Shown: positions 11,058 through 19,281 of the stretch, piece by piece
How the letters are laid out: each line of letters starts with the position of its first letter
Numbering within the stretch: the first letter of the stretch is position 1
Source: Okeania sp.
Lineage (GTDB): Bacteria > Cyanobacteriota > Cyanobacteriia > Cyanobacteriales > Microcoleaceae
Reading direction: 5' to 3'
DNA: 32,000 bases
NCBI RefSeq assembly: GCF_035285525.1
Contig: NZ_JAYKGW010000162.1
Span: 30,001 to 62,000 of the forward strand
Position numbers and translations under genes: made by a program
Notes under the pieces: model-generated
Seen by the model: the letters and a program-made list of their open reading frames with translations, nothing else
Database searches by the model: none
What the model was told of the DNA's origin: nothing

Positions 11058-11225
11058 TAAGCTAAATCAGATAATTTTCATCAGTATAATTGCGATTTTC
11101 CAGTTTTTTTTGAGAAAAATGCTACAAAAATACTAGAAATCAACATAGATTTGTGTTTTTTTGGTAAAGATAGTTATTAGCTATTGCTTTTTATATATGA
11201 GTGGTGCATGATATATAAATAAGGG
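11058..11225 (+). promoter_or_regulatory. conserved upstream block (putative promoter/operator) of PEP-CTERM gene 1
   Basis: About 170 bp align by eye to 13068-13226. The core gatttgtgtttttttggtaaagatag (11148-11173) and a -10-like tataaat near the 3' end are shared. Confidence 0.4.
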
Positions 11226-11312
11226 GCGTACAAACCACGTCTAAAGAAGACATATATTAATTTTCGTACTTAAGTTCTATCAATTAAAAATTACTAAAAC
11301 TGGAGAACAAAA

Positions 11313-12338
11313 ATGAAAACTACAAAACTTACTTCCCCATTATCTAAAGCAGCTATATTTGCCAAGACTGCATTGCTCGCAACTGTCGCTTTAACAGGCA
11401 ATGTAACTTTTGCGGAAGCAGCTAGCTTTACTAAACTCGATTTTGATACAGATTATCACGGAAACACACTTGAAGCAGGCACTATTGTTAATGGCGGTCA
11501 ATTTAATAATAGTGACGGTGATAGAGGTACTAATCCATGGTTTCACCAAGGAAAAGGGGTGAAGGTGAGAAGAAGAGGCAGCAACTCCGACAAAGGTCTC
11601 ACCTTATTTAACAGTAGTTGTGAGCCTAATGCTAATAATTACAGTGGTTATAATGGTTTTACTAATGACTGTACTGGCGGTGACACAGACTTAGCAACTG
11701 GAGGAAATTTGAACACTCGGGCGCGGGGTAATGTACTGATTGCTCAAGATAGTGGTAGACAAGGCATAACTGATGGAAAGTTCTCAGATCCAGGAGATCA
11801 AGGAAACGGTAGTAAAATTGAGTTTATATTTGATGAAGGTGTTGCATTAGGAAATATCGAATTCCTTGATTTTGATAAGACAGATGCTAATAAAATTAAA
11901 CTCAAAGCTAAAGGGGAAAACAACACCATCCTAGCAGATTATACATTTTCAAGATCGACAGGAGAAGTAACAGATAATTTAACAGGACAAGTTTTTTCTA
12001 ATGCTGTGAATAAGATTAATGAAGATGTAGCTTTTACAGGAGAGGAACTTACTGGCAATGCTTACGTTACATACTTTTTAGCCAATCAAGATGTAGTTCC
12101 TCATAAATATGAGAACTCTGTCTGGGATTTTTACTTTAATAAAGAATTAGAAGGAGTCCGCAAATTAGAAGTTGACTTTAATGGTATAAGTGGCGCTATC
12201 TCTGAGCTATCATACGCAAAATTGTACGAAGATTTTACTCATAAACCAACAGAGCGTGTACCAGAACCTGGTAGTATTGCAGCTTTAGCATTCATCGGTG
12301 GTGGAATGTTCCTCTCCCGTCGTCGTCAGTCTAATTAA
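11313..12338 (+). CDS. PEP-CTERM sorting-domain protein
   Basis: 341-aa ORF. It has an N-terminal signal peptide (KAAIFAKTALLATVALTGNVTFAEA) and a C-terminal VPEPGSIAALAFIGGGMFLSRRRQSN. That tail is a PEP motif, a hydrophobic helix and a basic tail. An SD-like ctggagaac lies upstream. Confidence 0.85.
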   Translation: MKTTKLTSPLSKAAIFAKTALLATVALTGNVTFAEAASFTKLDFDTDYHGNTLEAGTIVNGGQFNNSDGDRGTNPWFHQGKGVKVRRRGSNSDKGLTLFNSSCEPNANNYSGYNGFTNDCTGGDTDLATGGNLNTRARGNVLIAQDSGRQGITDGKFSDPGDQGNGSKIEFIFDEGVALGNIEFLDFDKTDANKIKLKAKGENNTILADYTFSRSTGEVTDNLTGQVFSNAVNKINEDVAFTGEELTGNAYVTYFLANQDVVPHKYENSVWDFYFNKELEGVRKLEVDFNGISGAISELSYAKLYEDFTHKPTERVPEPGSIAALAFIGGGMFLSRRRQSN

Positions 12339-12424
12339 GAATTTCTCTTATACATATATTTTATGATTGTATCTACCTATGAATTGTATCTACCTTGAAA
12401 TTCTAAAACATAATATTTCTATAA

Positions 12425-12471
12425 CTGGGATTCTCCTCAAAGCTAAATCAGGAGAGTCCCAGTATTTTTTT
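12425..12471 (+). terminator. Rho-independent terminator of the first PEP-CTERM gene
   Basis: Stem ctgggattctcct / aggagagtcccag (13 bp, one G-U), a 12-nt loop, then tattttttt. Confidence 0.75.
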
Positions 12472-12619
12472 GATTCTATAGCAACCGCCAAGGTAGTTAG
12501 GACATATTAAAAGCCTAAAACCCAGACAAAGCTAGATTTTTCCTTCTGCTATATTAAAGAGCGATCGCTAATCTTACGGTTCCCGATAAATCAGATTAAG
12601 TTTGGCAGCATTAGGGTCG

Positions 12620-12770
12620 TCATATCAAATCCGCTAGCTACGGTTCCCGATAAATCAGAGAGAGTAATATAAGAAACTGGGTTTGTAAAAGATAGATTTT
12701 ATAGAGTGGAGTATTTCAAACCAACCTGGTTTCTGCGCTTTTTATACTAATACTACCGAATTTGATATGA
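12620..12770. mobile_element. MITE-like element with termini TCATATCAAAT / ATTTGATATGA
   Basis: It is 151 bp. It carries copy 2 of the 20-mer acggttcccgataaatcaga subterminally. It also has an internal imperfect hairpin (agaaactgggtttg ... caaaccaacctggtttct) followed by gcgcttttt. Confidence 0.45.
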
Positions 12771-13067
12771 GATGGGAAAATATAGAATAATTTTGCAGTA
12801 TAAATAGTATGAAATATTGTTTATACCAAGCCAGTTATTTTGACTTGAAAAAAACTTTCAGTATTATCACTTATATTAGTTATGCAACTTAACCAATACT
12901 AGAAACTACTTCATTTAGCCCGCATTCCATACCATGACACGACAAAAGTATTATAAAACAGATTGCGTAGTATGTATTTTTGCTGATAATTTCTATGATG
13001 ATTACCATGCAAAGCTTTGAATGGCAATTATAAATTACTACATATTGTCGTACTGAATGTGGTTTTT

Positions 13068-13226
13068 AAGCTAAGTACAGGTAATTGTCATCAGTATGAT
13101 CACGAGGTTCCAGGTTATTTTGACAAAAAATATCTACTACTAAAGACTGATTTGTGTTGTTTTGGTAAAGATAGCTACTTGGCTATTGCCATTTAGATTG
13201 GAATAGTGCATCATATAAATGTGGGG
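13068..13226 (+). promoter_or_regulatory. conserved upstream block (putative promoter/operator) of PEP-CTERM gene 2
   Basis: Paralogue of 11058-11225, with core gatttgtgttgttttggtaaagatag at 13149-13174 and catataaat at the 3' end. Confidence 0.4.
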
Positions 13227-13414
13227 TTAAGCAAGCCAAATCAAAAGTCAAGAAAGCAAACATCTTGATACTTATATGTCAAATAATACTAAGTTCTAAA
13301 AGTTATTAGAAACAAAAAAAGCTAGCAGAACTTGTTGAAAAAAAATACTTTGGTTTCTGCTTTAAATTCTGGAAGTTAAAAATTACAAGACAAAAAATTA
13401 GGAGAATATCTAAA

Positions 13415-14230
13415 ATGAATAAAACTTTATCTACTCTAGTTAACTCTTCTTTATTAGCTGTGGGTTTAGCAGCAGGTTCCTCTTTAATTGCTGCTTCTAG
13501 TGCTAATGCTTTGAAACTAGATTTTAATGCTTATTATGGTAGTACCAATGATCCTGCTACAGGTGCTTCTGCTGAAGTTAAATTTGACTTTTTAGACGTA
13601 GGCGATGGTACAGTTAAATTAGATTTGAATATCACCAATAACACTGGTAATGTTATATCAAAATATCAGGGTAATGATATTAATACTGACGGAGCAACTG
13701 CTTCTAAGTTCATGGGTTTTGGATTAGATTGGAAGGATGGCGACCTAGCTGACGTGTTTGGTATTACTTCAAGTGATTACACTAAAGACCCCGACAACTA
13801 CTTTGGAAATATAGTATTTGACGACAATACAATTAAAGGTGGCATTCAGAATGGGATTTATAACGGTACACAATTTAACGATATTACCTTTGACATTGGT
13901 TTCAGTCAGGGAAACAGTTTAAAAAATGGTCAACCAAACAAAGCTTTGGCTCAAGGGAATACAACTACAGTATCGTTGATTCTTGATTCAGATATGGACG
14001 CAAATGCAACAGAACAGTGGTTTAAAGATGCTTTCGCAAATAAAAAAATCAATGCTGGCGCTCGTTTTCAAGCAGTTAATGCTGGAGCTGGAAGTGATAA
14101 GCTACTTGGATATGTATACGAGTTTAGTAAAAATGATCCACCAGTTCGTGTACCAGAACCTGGTAGCATTGCAGCTTTAGCATTCATCGGTGGTGGAATG
14201 TTCCTTTCCCGTCGTCGTCAGTCTAATTAA
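13415..14230 (+). CDS. PEP-CTERM sorting-domain protein (paralogue of 11313-12338)
   Basis: 271-aa ORF. It has a signal peptide (LLAVGLAAGSSLIAASSANA) and the same C-terminal VPEPGSIAALAFIGGGMFLSRRRQSN. An SD-like aggaga lies upstream. Confidence 0.85.
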   Translation: MNKTLSTLVNSSLLAVGLAAGSSLIAASSANALKLDFNAYYGSTNDPATGASAEVKFDFLDVGDGTVKLDLNITNNTGNVISKYQGNDINTDGATASKFMGFGLDWKDGDLADVFGITSSDYTKDPDNYFGNIVFDDNTIKGGIQNGIYNGTQFNDITFDIGFSQGNSLKNGQPNKALAQGNTTTVSLILDSDMDANATEQWFKDAFANKKINAGARFQAVNAGAGSDKLLGYVYEFSKNDPPVRVPEPGSIAALAFIGGGMFLSRRRQSN

Positions 14231-14293
14231 AAACTTCTTTTTTTTTATATAATTGTATCTACCTTTAAATTCTAAAAATTAATAATTCTATAA

Positions 14294-14340
14294 CTGGGAT
14301 TCTCCTCAAAGCTAAATCAGGAGAGTCCCAGTATTTTTTT
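14294..14340 (+). terminator. Rho-independent terminator of the second PEP-CTERM gene
   Basis: The hairpin and T-run are identical to those at 12425-12471. Confidence 0.75.
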
Positions 14341-14357
14341 GTATAGCGCTGTGCGCA

Positions 14358-14385
14358 GGGAACAGGGAACAGGGAACAGGGAACA
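14358..14385. repeat. STRR-like heptamer run GGGAACA x4
   Basis: The run reads gggaacagggaacagggaacagggaaca. Related runs occur at 23688-23705 and, reverse-complemented, at 19005-19021. Confidence 0.85.
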
Positions 14386-14522
14386 GTGGGAAAAGTGGGA
14401 AGACAAGGAAGAGGGGGAAGATAAGGAAAAAGCATCTCAAATGAGAGATTCATAATTTCTCACTTTTGTCAAGTTTTACAGCGCTTTTCACTCTCGATGA
14501 ACCACATCACCATAACCAAAAT

Positions 14523-14808
14523 CTTGTAGGGACGTTGCTTGTAGGGACGTTGCTTGTAGGGATGTTGCTTGTAGGGACGTTACTTGTAGGGACGTTGCTT
14601 GTAGGGATGTTGCTTGTAGGGATGTTGCTTGTAGGGACGTTGCTTGTAGGGACGTTGCTTGTAGGGACGTTGCTTGTAGGGACGTTGCTTGTAGGGATGT
14701 TGCTTGTAGGGACGTTGCTTGTAGGGACGTTGCTTGTAGGGACGTTGCTTGTAGGGACGTTGCTTGTAGGGACGTTGCTTGTAGGGACGTTGCATGCAAC
14801 GTCCCTAC
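14523..14808. repeat. tandem array of 18 x 15 bp (cttgtagggacgttg) ending in a 28-bp perfect palindrome
   Basis: Units were counted directly. Four units carry acg>atg and one carries ttg>tta. The array runs into gtagggacgttgcatgcaacgtccctac (14781-14808). Confidence 0.95.
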
Positions 14809-15070
14809 TGTGGTTTACTGAAAGGATGTTTATAAAGCATAGCGCGTCAAAGGGGGGGAGAATATTCAAAGTCCTCCTATCCATTACCCACATAATTATT
14901 TACAATCTTGAAATCCTTATTAGTTAATAGTTTCGAGATTTAAAAACAGCAGACGGATTGACTTGTGCCAGTATCTATGCTGCCTACCTAATACCGTTCT
15001 TTCCCAGACCCCTGATGCCTAATCCTTGCTCTTTGAGAAATGTTAACTAAAGATGTGGGTAAAGCATAGC

Positions 15071-15475
15071 TTTCAAAGGGGGGGAGAATATTCAAAGTAC
15101 CCCTGACAAGGGGGGGAGAACATTCAAAGTACCCCTTTCAAAGGGTGGGAGAACATTCAAAGTACCCCTGACAAGGGGGGGTGAACATTCAAAGTACCCC
15201 TTTCAAAGGGGGGGAGAATATTCAAAGTACCCCTTTCAAAGGGGGGGTGAATATTCAAAGTACCCCTTTCAAAGGGTGGGAGAACATTCAAAGTACCCCT
15301 GACAAGGGGGGGTGAATATTCAAAGTACCCCTTTCAAAGGGTGGGAGAATATTCAAAGTACCCCTTTCAAAGGGTGGGAGAACATTCAAAGTCCCCCTGA
15401 CAAGGGGGGGTGAATATTCAAAGTACCCCTTTCAAAGGGTGGGAGAACATTCAAAGTCCCCCTTTCAAAGGGGGA
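15071..15475. repeat. tandem array of 12 full units of 33/32 bp plus a partial 13th
   Basis: The unit is tttcaaaggg[g/t]ggg[a/t]gaa[t/c]attcaaagt[a/c]cccc (33 bp, 8 copies). A variant starts tgacaaggggggg (32 bp, 4 copies). Boundaries were checked against the coordinates. Confidence 0.95.
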
Positions 15476-15615
15476 TTTAGGGGGATAATCAATTATTTAT
15501 TATCAAGACTTGTGACTTCTGAATTTTGACTATTGATATTTCAATGAAAATTATTAGTTTTTGGGAATCTACAAGTCAAAAGATCAAAGTTAAAATATTA
15601 TTGAAATTAAATATA

Positions 15616-15715
15616 GAACTTACGCAAACTAATCAATAAATCAGGTTTATTGCCTTAGTTATTGTCCTTCCAACGACGAAGTTTCTTTGATAAACCTGAT
15701 TTCTGCTTAAGTCCT
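15616..15715. mobile_element. MITE-like element, degenerate ACTTACGC family
   Basis: Termini are agaacttacgcaa ... ctgcttaagtcct, with an internal inverted repeat aaatcaggtttat / ataaacctgattt. Confidence 0.5.
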
Positions 15716-15812
15716 GAAATATAAATTAAGATATGGCCAATAAATGGTCTATACTTAATTTATCAAAACATCTCTTTGATGGACTAACTGAAGAAACTAT
15801 GTAATCAAACTT

Positions 15813-16724
15813 ATGCCAGTTAAGCAAAATCAATTCACAATTCAATTCTGGGGCGTAAGAGGCAGTATTGCTTGTCCAGGTTCAGAAACAATCAGATATG
15901 GGGGCAACACTCCTTGTGTAGAAATGCGAGTTGGTGGACATCGGTTGATATTTGATGGTGGGACTGGTCTACGAGTTTTGGGTCAATCTCTTCTCTCTCA
16001 AATGCCCATAGATGCCCATCTTTTTTTTACTCATACCCACTGGGACCATATTCAAGGTTTTCCCTTTTTTGCACCTGCTTTTATTAAAAAGAATCATTTC
16101 AAGATATATGGTGCAGTTGCCCCTAATGGAGCAACTATTGAACAAAGACTTAATGACCAAATGCTGAATCCTAATTTTCCCGTGCCTCTACAAGTTATGG
16201 GAGCAGAACTTAAATTTTTTGATCTGGAAAGAGGTATCCCAATTAAAATTGATAATGTAGTTGTAGAAAACGCTTTGCTGAATCATCCAGGAGAAGCAAC
16301 AGGATATCGTGTTAACTGGCAAGGACATTCTGCGGCTTATATTACTGACACAGAACATTTTCTAGATCGCCTTGATGAAAATGTTTTATTTTTGGCTCGT
16401 CAAGCAGATGTTTTAATCTACGATGCGACTTATACTGATGAAGAGTATTACTCAGAAAATTCTAGTAAAGTAGGTTGGGGCCATTCGACTTGGCAGGAAG
16501 CTGTAAAAATTGCTAAAGCAGCTAAAGTGAAAAAATTAGTAATTTTTCACCACGATCCTTTACACAATGATGACTTTTTGGATCAGGTGGGAGAGCAAGT
16601 GGCTGAGAAATTTCCTGATAGTTTGATGGCAAGAGAAGGTCTGTCAATTCAATTAATTTCTCCTATAAATAATCAAGAAAATAAGTCAACGAATACTGCT
16701 AAAAAAGTGATAATTTCTGATTAG
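15813..16724 (+). CDS. MBL-fold metallo-hydrolase
   Basis: 303-aa ORF with the metallo-beta-lactamase motif THTHWDHIQG plus downstream LNHPGEATGYR, TDTEH and FHHDP metal-ligand-like segments. Confidence 0.8.
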   Translation: MPVKQNQFTIQFWGVRGSIACPGSETIRYGGNTPCVEMRVGGHRLIFDGGTGLRVLGQSLLSQMPIDAHLFFTHTHWDHIQGFPFFAPAFIKKNHFKIYGAVAPNGATIEQRLNDQMLNPNFPVPLQVMGAELKFFDLERGIPIKIDNVVVENALLNHPGEATGYRVNWQGHSAAYITDTEHFLDRLDENVLFLARQADVLIYDATYTDEEYYSENSSKVGWGHSTWQEAVKIAKAAKVKKLVIFHHDPLHNDDFLDQVGEQVAEKFPDSLMAREGLSIQLISPINNQENKSTNTAKKVIISD

Positions 16725-16755
16725 TTCTAACTTTGTTGATGTACTAACAAAAAAT

Positions 16756-16848
16756 AATTAATGATTACCTCTTATTACTAAACAAGAGGATTTGCTAAAA
16801 AGAATTTTTGTCTTTTTTCTCCATGAATGGAGAGGGCTTATACCTTAA
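16756..16848. repeat. single copy of the two-hairpin element, 48 bp upstream of the ribF start
   Basis: The sequence is aattaatgattacctcttattactaaacaagaggatttgctaaaaagaa...ttctccatgaatggagagggcttatacc. Confidence 0.75.
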
Positions 16849-16895
16849 TTAATTTTTCGGTAAAAAATGACTAAATTAAGTGAAAGTATTAAAAC

Positions 16896-18005
16896 GTGTG
16901 GGTAACTTCTTCTTTAGTTAAGGCTTTAACTCCAACTGTTGTTGCCTTGGGAAACTTTGATGGTTTACATCGAGGACATAGGCAAGTAATTAAACCAATT
17001 TTAAATAATATAAATAATGGATTAAATTCTCTTTCTGTACGTTCATCAAAGTTGGCAATAGCTACAGAAATAGAGGAGGAGAAAAAGCTACAATTTTTAT
17101 ATCCAGAATTAAAAGTTTCATCATCGAATTACCAACATGAATTAGATAATAATAATGATAAGTCAGAGCCAAAAATTTATTCCACGGTTGTTACTTTTAA
17201 TCCTCATCCCCAAGAATTTTTTAGTGGAAAACCCAAAAAGTTGTTGGCTCCAATAACAGAAAAATTAGCTCTTTTGGAAGAGGTTGGGGTTGAACAAGTA
17301 GTATTATTGCCCTTTAATCAACAATTGGCAAATTTAACTCCTATTCAATTTGTAGAAGAAATTTTGGTAAAAAACTTACAAGCCTGTAGAGTAAGTGTAG
17401 GATGGGATTTTCGTTTTGGTAGGAATAGGGCAGGAAATACAAAAGATTTACAAGCGATCGCTAATAATTACAATATAGATGTGACAATAGTACCTTTATA
17501 TAGTTGTGAAAATGGGGAACGTATTAGTAGTTCAATAATTCGTCAAGCTTTAGAAGCAGGAGACCTGAAAAAATCAAATCGTTTATTAGGTCGCCCTTAC
17601 AGTTTAGTTGGTGAAGTAGTTCAGGGACAAAAATTAGGTAGAAAATTAGGATTTCCCACAGCAAATCTCCAGTTACCGCCACAAAAGATTTTACCTTGTT
17701 TTGGAGTTTATGCTGTAGAAGTCTATATTTCTAGTGAGAAGCAACCTCAAGAAATATTTTCAGGCGATCGCCCCTACATGGGTGTGATGAATATTGGTTG
17801 TCGTCCGACATTAAATGGTTTAGATCCAACTGTGGAAGTTCATATATTAGATTGGTCTCAAGATTTATATGGTAAAACTTTAACTGTAAATTTGATAGAA
17901 TTTTTGCGACCCGAACAAAAGTTTGCTTCTCTAGATTTACTAAAGGCTCAAATAAATGAAGATTGTCAAGGTGCTAGAAATATACTGAGAAATCAAACTA
18001 AGTAA
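16896..18005 (+). CDS. ribF: bifunctional riboflavin kinase / FMN adenylyltransferase
   Basis: 369-aa ORF with a GTG start. The FAD-synthetase part shows GNFDGLHRGHRQV, TFNPHPQEFF, VGWDFRFG and ISSSIIRQAL. The riboflavin-kinase part shows GQKLGRKLGFPTANL, GVYAV, NIGCRPT, VEVHILDW, LYGK and RPEQKFASLDLLKAQI. Confidence 0.9.
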   Translation: MWVTSSLVKALTPTVVALGNFDGLHRGHRQVIKPILNNINNGLNSLSVRSSKLAIATEIEEEKKLQFLYPELKVSSSNYQHELDNNNDKSEPKIYSTVVTFNPHPQEFFSGKPKKLLAPITEKLALLEEVGVEQVVLLPFNQQLANLTPIQFVEEILVKNLQACRVSVGWDFRFGRNRAGNTKDLQAIANNYNIDVTIVPLYSCENGERISSSIIRQALEAGDLKKSNRLLGRPYSLVGEVVQGQKLGRKLGFPTANLQLPPQKILPCFGVYAVEVYISSEKQPQEIFSGDRPYMGVMNIGCRPTLNGLDPTVEVHILDWSQDLYGKTLTVNLIEFLRPEQKFASLDLLKAQINEDCQGARNILRNQTK

Positions 18006-18456
18006 TTATGCCAAATAAATTTCTAGTTGTAGAGTAGGATTGTTATAGTTATAAGAAATCATTCCTGAGAAAAAATTGTAGGGATTTGGTCTCTAAATCT
18101 TTTGGGGTTTGGTCTCCCAACCCCAACCCAAACCATCAAATATTACAACCTATTTAAGGCTAGAAAAAGTGCAACTTTTTCAGATAAAATTACCAAAAAG
18201 TTAAGGTTTTAAACAAACCATCAAAAAATCAAGGAACAATTATTCCCTCTACTATCTCTTTCTTCTCATCCTTCCCAAATTTCCCAAACTTCCCACACTC
18301 TGTTTTATTGAACAAACCCTATGATAGAATTTTGTTTGAGAATAGGTATAGGTTATAGTTTTTGCTGGAAATGATCAACTTTTTGATTATCTTTCATCTG
18401 GCATTACTGGCCTTCCGAAATCTCTCTACATTAAATTCCTATTTTGGAGGTCAATC

Positions 18457-18720
18457 ATGTCGGTTTACGTCGGAAATCTTTCCTACGATGCAACAGATGA
18501 AGATATAGAGAACGTCTTTGCTGAATATGGTACAGTTAAACGAGTTCAAGTTCCTAATGATCGGGAAACAGGTCGTGTTCGGGGCTTTGCTTTTGTAGAA
18601 ATGGAAACTGAAGATGAAGAAGCAGCAGCAATAGAAGCACTGGATGGTGTTGAATTTATGGGACGTAATCTCAAAGTTAATAAGGCCAGGCCACGAGAAG
18701 AACGAGGCGGTAGAAGATAG
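18457..18720 (+). CDS. RRM-type RNA-binding protein (short form without Gly-rich tail)
   Basis: 87-aa ORF with RNP2 (VYVGNLSY) and RNP1 (RGFAFVEM) motifs and a strong SD (ttggaggtcaatcATG). The C-terminus is short and basic rather than glycine-rich. Confidence 0.9.
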   Translation: MSVYVGNLSYDATDEDIENVFAEYGTVKRVQVPNDRETGRVRGFAFVEMETEDEEAAAIEALDGVEFMGRNLKVNKARPREERGGRR

Positions 18721-19089
18721 GGGTATTCTGGTGAATATTAACTATGAGACATTTCCAATAATCAAAAATAAAATCAATTATCACCCAGAAATTATTAATT
18801 ATTTCCTCTGATTTCTTATTTTATAGAGATATTTATTAAGGAATGGGCGACCTATAGAAATTGTTTTTGTAATGGTGATTTTGATGAATCTTTCCCAAAC
18901 TTTTCCGCTGAAAAGTTAAGATTTGAGACCCAATTATTTTCATAATTTGTGTTAGTTAAATGAGATTTAATTCAAGGGAGCGGAATTTTTTTCTAAGTGC
19001 TCCCTGTTTCCTGTTTCCTGTTATATGATTTTTTTTGATGAGTATAGCGATCGCGCTGATATTTTAAGTATTACAAGGCTAAAGCCATG

Positions 19090-19191
19090 AGGAAAGAAAT
19101 TTTCTTGGCTTGAGATTGCTATCCTGACGGACTGCTTCGCAAACGCACCTCGCGGGCAATGACAGAAATAGGTTGCGCGTGCGTAAGTCCT
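19090..19191. mobile_element. MITE remnant of the 10288-type with a degenerate left terminus
   Basis: The sequence cttggcttgagattgct...cacctcgcgggcaatgacagaaataggttgcgcgtgcgtaagtcct aligns to 10310-10398. The left inverted repeat is reduced to aggaaag. Confidence 0.5.
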
Positions 19192-19281
19192 ATATTATAT
19201 GAAATTAGCTTTATTAGCCTCATTATCAATTATCCATTATCAATTCTTTCTCCCTATTCCTAGCGCTATATTAATAATTTT

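Noticed and set aside
12576-12595. tRNA-like T-arm (GGTTCCCGA) in the 20-mer.
   Set aside because: No acceptor stem, anticodon arm or D-arm can be drawn around any of the five copies, and the flanks are unrelated.
14265-14453. 62-aa ORF on the minus strand (P/L/C-rich).
   Set aside because: It reads through the PEP-CTERM terminator hairpin and the GGGAACA heptamer run in antisense, so it is a repeat artefact.
14466-14927. Four overlapping ORFs on both strands (14466-14927 +, 14488-14799 -, 14507-14893 -, 14580-14795 -). They encode LLVGT, ATSLQ, NVPTS and QRPYK pentapeptide reiterations.
   Set aside because: All are by-products of an 18 x 15-bp DNA repeat, because the period is divisible by 3. 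Four frames are open at once, there is no SD or credible start context, and the + ORF starts at TTG. The repeat is the arm of a non-coding palindrome that is also found at 5633-5660.
15071-15475. CRISPR array interpretation of the 32/33-bp repeats.
   Set aside because: The units abut each other with no unique spacers, there is no leader, and no cas genes lie in the window. It is a plain tandem repeat.
15071-15475. NsiR1-like tandem sRNA gene array.
   Set aside because: The units are only 32-33 bp. They lack a per-unit promoter (-35/-10 at workable spacing) and a per-unit terminator with a T-run. NsiR1-type repeats are substantially longer.
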